Below, piece by piece: positions 38,630-48,123 of a stretch of 64,000 nt of DNA. Below the pieces are notes generated by a model. It was given only the letters and a program-made list of their open reading frames with translations, did no database searches and was not told where the DNA came from. The stretch's first letter is position 1. Every line of letters starts with the position of its first letter. The stretch covers positions 101,091 through 165,090 of the forward strand of contig DONT01000002.1 of assembly GCA_003513765.1 (NCBI GenBank), read 5' to 3'. The position numbers and the translations under genes are program-made. The stretch comes from Jeotgalicoccus sp. (GTDB lineage: Bacteria; Bacillota; Bacilli; Staphylococcales; Salinicoccaceae).

Positions 38630-39298
38630 ATGTTCAGTTTTAACAGTATAGTGATGATGGTCATTGCAGGTGTGCTTGCAGTCCTGTATTTCATTGCTTC
38701 AGTTTATAACAGAATGACCAGAAAAAGTTATACACATAAGGTTCAGAAACCGGGTCAGCTGATGACCTTTTTCTCCAGAGTTATGCTGATTTTAAGCATA
38801 CTGTGCGCGGGTTTTACACTTCTCGGTGCAATGATGAAAGACACTGAAATGGCTGTAGTATTTGCGGTTATTACTATTATCAGCACATTGCTGACATGGG
38901 GGATTAAGCGTAAATATGACTTCACTTATCAGGAAACGGACGAGTATTTTATAGTGACCAGAAGGAAGAAGACTTATAAAGTTTATTACAAGGATATCAG
39001 TCACTGGCAATGGGGAATATACGACATTTATATCCAGGACCGTAACCGGCCGGAAGGTGATTTTATCGGTGTCAGTGTCAGTCTTTTTAAACCGGAAATA
39101 CTGCTGACGAAAATGACTGAAAAAGTATTTGCAGGCGAATTCCCACGTATTGACGGTTTGTACCCGGATGACACTGTCTATCCTGGAGATCCGCTCAGAA
39201 AGAAAGAAATTGTCCGCTGTTTAACCCAGGCAGGCTACAGCTATTTAATTCCCGAATACATAGACGCTCTCAGCACGATGCAGCAGGATAATGTCTAA
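38630..39298 (+). CDS. Membrane protein (3 N-terminal TM plus a soluble C-terminal domain), function unknown
   Basis: Start moved to MFSFNSIVMMVIAGVL (SD GGAAAGGA). No motif recognised. Confidence 0.55.
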   Translation: MFSFNSIVMMVIAGVLAVLYFIASVYNRMTRKSYTHKVQKPGQLMTFFSRVMLILSILCAGFTLLGAMMKDTEMAVVFAVITIISTLLTWGIKRKYDFTYQETDEYFIVTRRKKTYKVYYKDISHWQWGIYDIYIQDRNRPEGDFIGVSVSLFKPEILLTKMTEKVFAGEFPRIDGLYPDDTVYPGDPLRKKEIVRCLTQAGYSYLIPEYIDALSTMQQDNV

Positions 39299-39420
39299 TG
39301 AATATCCAGAAATGCAGACAATCATTCTGACTGTAAATCATTATAAAAATGCCAGCAGTTCAACTTGATATGCTCCTCCTAAAGTATTTGACTTGTCTAC
39401 TTGACCGAGAGCATATCAAC

Positions 39421-39990
39421 TTATAGTAGTCTTTTTTTATTCACATTTAAAATTTTTACCAGCTGATCGTTCAAATAATCTGCACTGTAGGAAAAACCAT
39501 TTTTGTACCAGTTGATAATCATACCGATAATAGCATTGGACTGATAGGATGCAAACATTTCATGATTAAAGTCTCCCTGCTGTTTATCCATATCTTCTAA
39601 GAACAATTTATCGATTTCATCAAACAGCATATAGTAATATCTTAACGGTACTTTTCTGGAAAAAATAATTTCGTAAAACGGTTTAAATTTTTCAATATGA
39701 TGAAAGATACGGATTGTCGAAGAGTCCAATTCATCCACATTCAAAATCGCCGCCCGACGATAAGGTTCCTTATAAGAACTGGCCAAGTCTAACGTTATCT
39801 CTTTAAAATACTCCTCAAATACATCTTCAATTTGCCCGTAGTGCAAATAAAAAGTACCACGGTTAATTTTAGCTTTTTTACAAATTTCTGTTATAGAAAT
39901 TTCATCGAGCTCTTTATCATTTAATAATTGCAGTAATGCCTGATGCAATGCGTCTTTAGTCTTCACAATACGTAAATCATTTTTCGACAT
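39421..39990 (-). CDS. TetR/AcrR-family transcriptional regulator
   Basis: HTH ISITEICKKAKINRGTFYLHY. It is divergent from an SDR gene. Confidence 0.85.
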   Translation of the reverse strand: MSKNDLRIVKTKDALHQALLQLLNDKELDEISITEICKKAKINRGTFYLHYGQIEDVFEEYFKEITLDLASSYKEPYRRAAILNVDELDSSTIRIFHHIEKFKPFYEIIFSRKVPLRYYYMLFDEIDKLFLEDMDKQQGDFNHEMFASYQSNAIIGMIINWYKNGFSYSADYLNDQLVKILNVNKKRLL

Positions 39991-40128
39991 TTCCTCACCT
40001 CTTATTGAACAATATTATATTTATCCGTTCATTAATGAACAGTTATCTATTTTTTGATTATTGAAAGCGTTTACTATCGTCAGTATAATAGATATTAGAC
40101 AGTTGTACAATATAAGGAGGATACAAAA

Positions 40129-40887
40129 ATGAGATTACAAGACAAAGTCGCAATCGTAACAGGTGCAGCATCAGGTATGGGTAAAGCAATCGCAGAAGCT
40201 TACGCAAGAGAAGGTGCCAAAGTTGTCGTATCTGATTTAAACATAGAAGGTGCAGAGGAAGTTGCAGCAAACCTTAAAGCTAATGGTGCAGAAGCTTTCG
40301 CAATTAAAACGAATGTTTCTGTAGAAGAAGAAGTTGAACAGTTATTCGAAGAAACGAAGAAAAACTTCGGTAAACTGGATATCTTAGTTAACAATGCAGG
40401 AATTATGGACGGCATGGAACCTGTCGGAGAAATTTCAAACGAGAGATGGGAAATGTTATTCGCTGTAAATACGACAGCAGTAATGAAAGCAATGCGTTTG
40501 GCAGTCAACCTGTTCTTAGAACAGGGACACGGTACAATCGTTAATAATATTTCAGCAGGCGGACTATACGGCGGCCGTGCAGGTGCAGCATATACAGCAT
40601 CAAAACACGCAGTTGTCGGTTTAACAAAAAACACTGCGTTCATGTATGCAGATAAAAATATCCGCACAAACGGTATTGCACCAGGGGCAGTTAAGACAAA
40701 TATTGCTTCATCTATGAAGAATATGAGTGAATTTGGAGCTGGTCGTCAAAGTCAGGGAATGTCACTTAACCCGAGAGCAGGGGAACCTGAAGAAATTGCT
40801 GAAGCAGCAGTCTTCCTCGGTTCAGACGAAGCGAGCTTCGTAAATGGACAAGTTCTTGCTGTAGACGGCGGATGGACTGCGTACTAA
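40129..40887 (+). CDS. SDR-family oxidoreductase
   Basis: TGAASGMGKA, NNAG and YTASKHAV motifs. SD AAGGAGGA. Confidence 0.9.
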   Translation: MRLQDKVAIVTGAASGMGKAIAEAYAREGAKVVVSDLNIEGAEEVAANLKANGAEAFAIKTNVSVEEEVEQLFEETKKNFGKLDILVNNAGIMDGMEPVGEISNERWEMLFAVNTTAVMKAMRLAVNLFLEQGHGTIVNNISAGGLYGGRAGAAYTASKHAVVGLTKNTAFMYADKNIRTNGIAPGAVKTNIASSMKNMSEFGAGRQSQGMSLNPRAGEPEEIAEAAVFLGSDEASFVNGQVLAVDGGWTAY

Positions 40888-40910
40888 ACTGATTAAATGA
40901 ATAGGTAATA

Positions 40911-40945
40911 AAAAGGAAGCCGGGGATGGCTTCCTTTTATTTTTA
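40911..40945. terminator. Bidirectional intrinsic terminator
   Basis: AAAAGGAAGCC-N6-GGCTTCCTTTT followed by ATTTTTAT. Confidence 0.75.
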
Positions 40946-40953
40946 TATTAACG

Positions 40954-42362
40954 TTACGATTCAAGTTTTCTTTTCCCGAAATAAAACAGACCGGCAATAA
41001 TACCGATTATCAGCATGACGGTTGAGAAAATTAAGAATGGCCAAGGGCCCCACATAAAGACGAGTGGTGCAGAAAGTGCAGTCACCAGACCGCCCCCGAG
41101 AAACGGTTCGAAAACCAGCTGCTTATAGCCAAAACCTTCAGCTGCCGGCGATTTCATTTCCGGGTCAGCAACACGCATCAGCATCAGTCTTGTAGCAGTC
41201 ACCGCTGTTGATTGTCCGAAATCACCGACTGCTCTTTCAAGCCAATAATCCGGCATCATTCTTGGTCCAAAAACGAAGAATCCAAACAAATTCCATGCAA
41301 GTCCAGCTAAAGCTAAAAGTAAAAATGGAACTAAATATTCTCCAATCACTGAGATTGATACAGTCGCTATCGCACTTGCGATAAGTATATCAAGTGAAAA
41401 CCCTTGTATACTGGTCACTGTATTTCTGTCTACCAGCTTCGATGTATCGAATTTACTGATGAAAATCTGTACAATCAAACCGCCAATCATTGCCAGCGGG
41501 AATAACGGTATATATGTCATAAAGTCGGAACCGAATAGTGCAGCTTCCAGCCAGGTAATGCCCTGTAATATAATATACCCGACGAGAATCGCCAGTGCGA
41601 CAATAGTAAAGTGAAAAGTGAATGTATCGATTGACTCAGGTCTGACAGTCTGTTTATTGCCGTCTTCGCGTTCGTCAAATTCAACGATTCCTGCTTTTTG
41701 AGTTGTCGACAGACCCTTAACGTCAGTAATCATACGGGTATGATTTTTTCGTACGCCCCAGTTAATCAGCACAATACCAACAACAACCCTGATAAAATAC
41801 CGACCGTGGCTAATCCGACAGCAATGTCATAAGCTTCTGGGAATCCGAGTTCAACAAAAGTAGACTGCAGACCGGCAGCTGTACCATGCCCGCCTTCAAA
41901 TCCAATTTCAATGAGCGTACCGATAAATGGCGGCATATCATACAATGGCACTAATACTAGCATTGCCAGCAGTAAACCAATGACATACTGGCCCCAGCCG
42001 AGTGTCTAGCCGAATGCGAGTTCCGGGCCCCCAACGTCCCATATTCTTTTTAGATTTGGAAGTACCGTACCGATAAATAAAGTAGCAAACACTACATTTA
42101 TCAGCAGTCCTGGAAGCGCAGACCATACCTCCATAATTTCAGGAGTCAAAATCCCCATCGCTAAAAAGGACTCCTCCCCGGTAAAATTACTTACTATCCT
42201 GCCAAGTACTTCAGGTCCTAAAAGCAATGCGAGAAATCCTCCGATAACCGATGCCGGCAAAAAAAGATTCTGCATCCATGTTGAATGCATCCTGACCCAT
42301 TTACCAATCAGCAGAAATAATCCCAAGTAAAGCAGAACAAAACCTATTTGTTCCGCACTCAT
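40954..42362 (-). pseudogene. gltS: Sodium/glutamate symporter (GltS family) with an in-frame TAG and a frameshift
   Basis: Three consecutive ORF pieces (42006-42362, 41766-41963, 40954-41772). Pieces 1 and 2 share a frame and are separated by a TAG at 42006-42008 (..GPELAFG stop TLGWGQYVIG..). Pieces 2 and 3 differ in frame around 41770-41790 (..GILSG / VVVGIVLINWG..). Confidence 0.8.
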
Positions 42363-42562
42363 AATCTCACATCTCCTTTCTCTTTATTTTTAGAGTATAG
42401 AAATTAATTAATAATATTTACAGACCATTCTATCAGAGGTCGGAAATTTTTTCTTAAACGGCAACCCGAATGTTATTTATAATTTTTACCGCTTGCGAAA
42501 AACTCGACTTTAAATACTGATTTTCGTTATCTACTGTGTTTAACGACAAAAGGCAGAATTAA

Positions 42563-42602
42563 AAAAGCTTCTAACCATATAATCAACTGGTTAGAAGCTT
42601 TT
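42563..42602. terminator. Intrinsic terminator
   Basis: AAAAGCTTCTAACC-N12-GGTTAGAAGCTTTT. Confidence 0.75.
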
Positions 42603-42610
42603 AATGTTAT

Positions 42611-43612
42611 TTAGAACCACAAATCTGCCAGCAGTTCCATCGATTGTTTCCTTTTTTCAGGGTCGTAAGTGTAAGTCACAATAATCAGCTCATCAACGCC
42701 TGTTTCTTCCGCAAATTTTTCCAGTTTCTTACGGACTGTTTCAGGTGAACCAACAGCTTTGAGACTGAACATTGAATCCATCATTTTTCTCTGTTCTTCC
42801 GAACCTAATTCTTCAGGCTCGACAGGCGGCTGGAGTTTACGCTGCTGACCGGTCTGCATATCTGTCATCATTTGTGTCGTTGTTGTCCAGATTTTTTCTG
42901 CTTCCTCATCTGTCGGTGCTACAACAACATTAATCCCTGCCATGACATAAGGTTCATCAATCTGGGAAGTCGGCGAATCTGTCGTAAATGCCGAACGGTA
43001 CATATCAATCTTTTGTTTGTAATCGTCCGGTGTAAAGTGCGTCGCAATTGAATAAGGCAATCCCAGCTGTCCGGCAATAGATGCACCGTTCATACTTGAA
43101 CCCAATACCCAGATTGGAATATTCGTTCCTGTGCCTACTGTAGACGTCACTGGAACACTGTGACCGAGTCCTTCTTCGCTGAACCAGCCGATGAGATCAT
43201 AAATAGAGTTTGCAAAATTTTGTGCATCACTGCTGTTACGTGTAATCAGCTGAGATGTTCTTTGGTCGGTACCTGGTGCGCGACCCAGTCCGAGATCAAT
43301 TCTATCCGGATAAAGCTGTGCAATCGTGCCGAAATTTTCAGCGACCTGCAGCGGTGAATGGTTCGGCAGCATGATACCGCCTGAGCCGATGCGGATATTT
43401 TTTGTCCGCGCTGCGGCCATCGCAATCAGCTGAGATGTCGCAGCTGATGCAAGACTTTTTGTATTATGATGCTCAGCGAACCAAAGTCTCTTGAATCCGA
43501 GTTTATCAATAAGTTCAGCATTGTCTAGGGACGCTTCGATTGCTTCCCTAACTGTCTGATTTTCCGAAATGCCCACAAGTTCAAGGACATTTAATGGTAT
43601 ATGTTTTGTCAT
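42611..43612 (-). CDS. LLM-class (luciferase-like) flavin-dependent oxidoreductase
   Basis: 333 aa, N-terminal pattern RLWFAEHHN..., typical YhbW/LLM family. Confidence 0.8.
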   Translation of the reverse strand: MTKHIPLNVLELVGISENQTVREAIEASLDNAELIDKLGFKRLWFAEHHNTKSLASAATSQLIAMAAARTKNIRIGSGGIMLPNHSPLQVAENFGTIAQLYPDRIDLGLGRAPGTDQRTSQLITRNSSDAQNFANSIYDLIGWFSEEGLGHSVPVTSTVGTGTNIPIWVLGSSMNGASIAGQLGLPYSIATHFTPDDYKQKIDMYRSAFTTDSPTSQIDEPYVMAGINVVVAPTDEEAEKIWTTTTQMMTDMQTGQQRKLQPPVEPEELGSEEQRKMMDSMFSLKAVGSPETVRKKLEKFAEETGVDELIIVTYTYDPEKRKQSMELLADLWF

Positions 43613-43832
43613 TTAAATTAGTTCTCCTTTACGTATCTTATTAAGTCTTAATGTAATATATTCCATTACAATGAGATACTCTAATCATAAAACATCATAT
43701 GATATAAAGATAATTAACTGTTTCAATTGCTTAAATAAATGAGAAGATTTCAACCTGATTAAGATATTTATTCTTTTAATACAAAAGGCGTGCATCCCTT
43801 AAGGAATACACGCCTTTCTGCGTCTCATTTGA

Positions 43833-44057
43833 CTAGATTAATATACCATTATTGAATTCCGCTTTAGTTACTGGTGGGAGATAACGATCAGAACTTATTT
43901 GCTCTTCAATTAAAGGCTGTACTTCTGAAGTTCCCCCCTGATTCTCTTCAAGATTATTTGCGGCCATAATAATAAATACAATGAGTAAGGCTATACTGAT
44001 CAGCATCAAAATGAAAAGTATAATTACAGTCATTTTAGATTTGTTGTTTTCTTTCAT
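43833..44057 (-). CDS. Small single-pass membrane protein (74 aa)
   Basis: SD AGGAG, one TM (MTVIILFILMLISIALLIVFIIMAA), and a terminator hairpin at 43784-43817. Confidence 0.5.
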   Translation of the reverse strand: MKENNKSKMTVIILFILMLISIALLIVFIIMAANNLEENQGGTSEVQPLIEEQISSDRYLPPVTKAEFNNGILI

Positions 44058-44382
44058 AAAAATATCTCCTAGTTTGCTTTGACCTGATTATATCACTCAG
44101 TGAATCACTCGGAGGGACTCCATTGTTATTTGTCGAAATTTATTCATAAAATTTCTAGACAAATATAGGTAATTTGGATGACATACTCTCATTAAATATT
44201 GTTTGTATCATAAATCTTAGTAAGTGAAAATGTAACTGCTAAACTAGACTCAACAGTTTTCTACAATTAAGACTCAACAGCTCTCTCCAAATAAGACACA
44301 ACAGTTTACAAACTAGAAATCACTTTTCGGTATACTGAGACAGAGTATATTGAAAGGGAGAGAACATGGAGTGGAAAAATGG

Positions 44383-45909
44383 ATGATTTATCAAGAGATA
44401 CACCGATTAAAAAATATGGGGTTTTCAAATAGTAAAATCGCAAAGAAATTAAATATATCAAGAAATAGAGTCATTGATTATTTGAATATGACACCCGATG
44501 CATTCGCTGACTTTATGGCATCCTTACAAAACAGAACGAAAAAACTGGATCCTTACCAAAGTGAAATATTAACGTGGTTAAAGGAACATCCAGATGTGAC
44601 CAGTGCGCAAATATACGATTGGCTGCAAGATAAATTTAATATTCAATACGTGGCTGAAAACACAGTCCGAAACTACGTCAATCACCTAAGGGAACACTAT
44701 CACATCCCGAAAGTGGCAGCGAATCGAATATACGGTGCGGTGGATGAGCTTCCACCCGGTCAGCAAATACAAGTCGATTTTGGAGAGATTATCGTGGACA
44801 CATCGTCAGGCGGGCGACAGAAATTGTATGTCGCCGGATTCATCTTATCGCATTCCCGATTTAAGTATGTGAAATGGTTAGACCGACCGTTTCGGACAAG
44901 TGATTTAATTAGAATACAGGAAAATGCATTCCATTATTTTGGCGGGATGACTGAGGAGATTGTCTATGATCAGGACCGTTTACTGGCGGTGAGTGAGAAT
45001 GCGGGCGATTTAATCCTGACCGAATCATTTACGAAATACCATCAATTTAGACGGTTTAAAGTCGAACTCTGTCGAAAAAGTGATCCGGAATCAAAGGGTA
45101 AAATCGAACAAGTGATTAAATATGTAAAAAACAATTTTGCCAAACATCGCGTCTTCGACAACTTGAATACATGGCAGCAGGACGCTTTGAAGTGGCTAAA
45201 AAGAACGGGGAATTATAAAGTCCATCACAATATAAAGAAAAGACCCTTTGAAGTGCACGCCCTCGAAAAGCAGCATCTTCAAACGGTCTCTGGGAAATAT
45301 CATTTTGACAACATTTCATCTATTAATATAACAAGAACGATTCATAAAGACAATGTCATTCGCTTTGAAGGCAACCGATATAGCGTGCCTCTCGGGACGT
45401 ATCAAAGTGGAAATGAAAACATTGCGTATGTCTCCGTCACAGATGGAAAATTGAGTATTTCGCTTCATCCAACGGGTGATTCGATTGCGATACATACAGT
45501 GTCTGATACTAAAGGTCAGGTGATTATAGACCCTAGTCATCGACATCGGTCTCAAACGAAAAGAGACCAACTGGTCGCACAAGTGTTTAAAGTTTTGGAT
45601 GATCCAGATCTGGCCGACGGATTGATTCAGACCTTGCATACACATTATCCGAGACATACGATTGATCAATTGAAAATTGTACTCCAGTCCGCCAAGCAGT
45701 ACCCACAACATATTAATGATGCGGTGAAAGAATTAAACCGGTTGAGATTGACCAGTGCGAATGATCTCAGAGATATTGCGATTTCATTGGACATTCAACA
45801 CGGTAAACACAGGGCCAAGCAGCCCGTCATTAATGAGAAGTACAAAGATATGACTGCCCCCGCGCGTCAAACGGATATCTATTTAAAAGTCCTTCAGGGC
45901 GGTCAATGA
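44383..45909 (+). CDS. istA: IS21-family transposase IstA
   Basis: N-terminal HTH (IHRLKNMGFSNSKIAKKLNISRN) and a DDE core. Start moved to the ATG at 44383 (GGAG 11 nt upstream). Confidence 0.9.
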   Translation: MIYQEIHRLKNMGFSNSKIAKKLNISRNRVIDYLNMTPDAFADFMASLQNRTKKLDPYQSEILTWLKEHPDVTSAQIYDWLQDKFNIQYVAENTVRNYVNHLREHYHIPKVAANRIYGAVDELPPGQQIQVDFGEIIVDTSSGGRQKLYVAGFILSHSRFKYVKWLDRPFRTSDLIRIQENAFHYFGGMTEEIVYDQDRLLAVSENAGDLILTESFTKYHQFRRFKVELCRKSDPESKGKIEQVIKYVKNNFAKHRVFDNLNTWQQDALKWLKRTGNYKVHHNIKKRPFEVHALEKQHLQTVSGKYHFDNISSINITRTIHKDNVIRFEGNRYSVPLGTYQSGNENIAYVSVTDGKLSISLHPTGDSIAIHTVSDTKGQVIIDPSHRHRSQTKRDQLVAQVFKVLDDPDLADGLIQTLHTHYPRHTIDQLKIVLQSAKQYPQHINDAVKELNRLRLTSANDLRDIAISLDIQHGKHRAKQPVINEKYKDMTAPARQTDIYLKVLQGGQ

Positions 45910-45910
45910 A

Positions 45911-46684
45911 ATGACGAACACTTATGATGACTTACAACAGAAATGTCGGACTCTCCGGTTGGCAGAAACCGCAAAAGAGCTACCGAATATGCTTCGGATG
46001 GGAGAGTCAAAGCATTGGACCTACTATGAATTGATGGATCAGATCCTCGGGTATGAACTGGACTGTCGGGAAGAAAAGAACCTGATTAAATTGATGAAAT
46101 GGGCAGAGTTTCCGCAACACTTAACATTAGAGCAATTTAAACTGTCTGAACAATCAGCGATTGGGGACAAGCAACTGAATGTATTAAAGGAGTTATCCTG
46201 GATTGAAGACCATTTTACATTAATTATGATGGGACCGCCTGGTGTGGGTAAGACCCATCTTTCCACCGGTCTCGGTATTCACGCTGTCAATCAAGGCTAC
46301 CAGGTGTCGTTTATACCGATGGATCATCTGGTATATATCCTTAAAACACGAGAGTATCTCAGTAAGTCAAAAACCAGATATAAACGTATGGAATCTTCAG
46401 ATTTAATTATTATCGATGACATCATGTATATGGCTTATGAACCGCAGGATGCCCAGCTGTTTTTTCAGTTTATCTATGATATGTATGACAAAACAGCGTT
46501 CATCTTAACATCGAATAAGGGGCCTAACGAATGGGGAAAATTTTTGGGAGACACAACACTGACCACGGCGATCTTAGATCGCCTCCTTCATCGAAGTGAA
46601 ATCATTACCTTTGATGAGAATCAAGACAGTATCAGAATGAAATACAGAAGAGCGTTATTTGAAGAAAAAAGTGTTGAGTCTTAA
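45911..46684 (+). CDS. istB: IS21-family helper ATPase IstB
   Basis: Walker A GPPGVGKTH and Walker B LIIIDD. It starts 1 nt after the istA stop. Confidence 0.9.
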   Translation: MTNTYDDLQQKCRTLRLAETAKELPNMLRMGESKHWTYYELMDQILGYELDCREEKNLIKLMKWAEFPQHLTLEQFKLSEQSAIGDKQLNVLKELSWIEDHFTLIMMGPPGVGKTHLSTGLGIHAVNQGYQVSFIPMDHLVYILKTREYLSKSKTRYKRMESSDLIIIDDIMYMAYEPQDAQLFFQFIYDMYDKTAFILTSNKGPNEWGKFLGDTTLTTAILDRLLHRSEIITFDENQDSIRMKYRRALFEEKSVES

Positions 46685-46744
46685 TTGGGATGAACTGTTG
46701 AACCTTATTTGGGGTAAAGTGTTGAGTTCTACTTGACGGTTACA

Positions 46745-47161
46745 TTTACGTCTTTTGAAATTAAAGAACTGGAACAAAATCCAAATGTATTGAGGGTATC
46801 TGATCGATCTATCACATATCGCCCGGAATTTAAAATACGCGCGGTAGAATCCCATGAACAAGGCTTTAATCCCACACAAATTTTCCTCGACCATGGATTT
46901 GATTTGTCTGTCGTCGGTAAAAAACAACCGGGAAGATGCTTGTCACGTTGGCGCCAAACTTATGCGCAATACGGAAGAAGTGGGTTGGAACGTGATCAGC
47001 GTGGGAATGGTGCCACAGGTCGTCCGACGAATAAAGCACTGAACAGTGATGAGAAATTAAAGAAAGCTGACGCAAGAATAAAGTATTTGGAAGCCGAAAA
47101 CGAATTTCTAAAAAAGCTCGAGATGAAAGAAAGGCAGGCGAAACAGAACCATCGTAGTTAA
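46745..47161 (+). pseudogene. IS3-family transposase OrfA lacking its native start
   Basis: FTSFEIKELEQNPNVLRVSDRSITYRPEFKIRAV... HTH-type OrfA. The ORF-track start (TTG 46733) lies inside the IS21 inverted repeat. Confidence 0.7.
47110..47116 (+). other. Programmed -1 ribosomal frameshift heptamer A_AAA_AAG of the IS3-family element
   Basis: In the orfA zero frame it reads CTA AAA AAG. orfB is open in the -1 frame downstream. Confidence 0.65.
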
Positions 47162-47190
47162 AACCATGGGAGACTTATGAATTAATTGAA

Positions 47191-48060
47191 ATGATTTGTC
47201 GGAATCATCAACTCAAAAATATGATTACTTATCTTTGTATGCTGGGATCAGTGTCGAGAAGTGGCTATTATGCTTGGAAAAAGAATGAAACCAGCCGATT
47301 ACGCAGACAAATTAATGATGAAGCAGATATTGTACTCATTAAGAAAATCTATGACGCTGAGAAAGGTAAAATCGGGGCCTTACAAATGAAGATAATCTTA
47401 GACAATGATTATCATATTATTATGAATCACAAAAAGATTAGACGACTGATGAAAAAATATAATCTAACCGCACGAATTCGTAGAGCGAATCCTTATAAAT
47501 TAATGATGAAAGCAACACAGGAACATAAAACGTGTAAAAACTTATTGAAGCGTGAGTTTAACCAAGGAGAGCCAGGCAAGGTCATGTTAACTGACATCAC
47601 CTACCTGTATTACGGTAACGGTCAGAAAGCATATTTATCCTGCGTGAAAGATGGTGCGACTCGAGAGATTGTTGCGCATGTTGTCACAACATCACTAAAA
47701 ATGAGCATCGTATACCAGACTTTAAAACAACTCTCATCTGCGGTGGACGAATTCCATCCAGAAGCACTCATTCATTCCGATCAAGGCTTTCACTATACCC
47801 ATCCTGAGTTCCAATCTAAAGTGAAGCAGATGGGATTGGTACAATCAATGTCGCGTCGGGGTAACTGCTGGGACAATGCTTCAATGGAATCTTTTTTTGG
47901 AACTTTCAAAGATTGGGTCGATCATAAATCTTGTGAATCCTTAGAAGAACTCAAACACCAAACAAATGAATATATTAATAAGTATAATAATGAGCGCTAT
48001 CAATGGGGACTAAATAAGATGACCCCGGTACAATACCGGGATCATCTACTCACAGCATAA
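47191..48060 (+). CDS. IS3-family transposase OrfB (DDE integrase domain)
   Basis: DITYL..., HSDQGFHYT and NCWDNASMESFF (D, D, E region). Normally expressed as an OrfAB fusion. Confidence 0.85.
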   Translation: MICRNHQLKNMITYLCMLGSVSRSGYYAWKKNETSRLRRQINDEADIVLIKKIYDAEKGKIGALQMKIILDNDYHIIMNHKKIRRLMKKYNLTARIRRANPYKLMMKATQEHKTCKNLLKREFNQGEPGKVMLTDITYLYYGNGQKAYLSCVKDGATREIVAHVVTTSLKMSIVYQTLKQLSSAVDEFHPEALIHSDQGFHYTHPEFQSKVKQMGLVQSMSRRGNCWDNASMESFFGTFKDWVDHKSCESLEELKHQTNEYINKYNNERYQWGLNKMTPVQYRDHLLTA

Positions 48061-48123
48061 CGCTTTTATTAAATTGTCTATTTTACAGGTTACAGTTCAT
48101 TCATAAAACCAAGCCCTCTTTTT

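Larger units (their letters stand above)
44231..46744 (+). mobile_element. IS21-family insertion sequence (istA-istB)
   Basis: Terminal inverted repeats TGTAACTGCTAAACTAGACTCAACAG (left) and the reverse complement of CTGTTGAG..ACTTGACGGTTACA (right), about 21/31 identical. Three copies of the (A/G)ACTCAACA(G/C) subrepeat sit at each end, as is typical of IS21. No target duplication is visible. Confidence 0.8.
46745..48094 (+). mobile_element. IS3-family element (IS150-group-like), left end replaced by IS21
   Basis: orfA/orfB with an A_AAA_AAG slippery site. The right end ..TGTCTATTTTACAGGTTACA lies at about 48094. The IS21 right IR abuts orfA within its first few codons, so the left IR, promoter and native start codon are missing. 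Confidence 0.7.

Noticed and set aside
39358-39423. TCAACTTGATATGCTCC, which resembles the plus-strand reading of the rlmH att core (TCAACGATGATACGCTTC); considered as a distal island boundary
   Set aside because: The match needs a gap and several mismatches. The sequence is one arm of an 11-bp inverted repeat (TTGATATGCTC ... GAGCATATCAA) between two convergent genes, overlapping the TetR stop codon, so a hairpin or terminator explanation is simpler.
41938-42126. 62-aa minus-strand ORF within the gltS region
   Set aside because: It is an out-of-frame overlap of the gltS pseudogene pieces. The gltS-like sequence is in the other frame.
44206-44215. TATCATAAAT, a 10-nt match to the S. aureus ISS core, 16 nt left of the IS21 end; considered as the distal att repeat of the island
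   Set aside because: It is on the plus strand, inverted relative to the rlmH core, whereas SCC boundaries are direct repeats. The upstream GAAGC part is missing. A 10-mer of this AT-rich composition is not improbable by chance in 128 kb of two-strand sequence.
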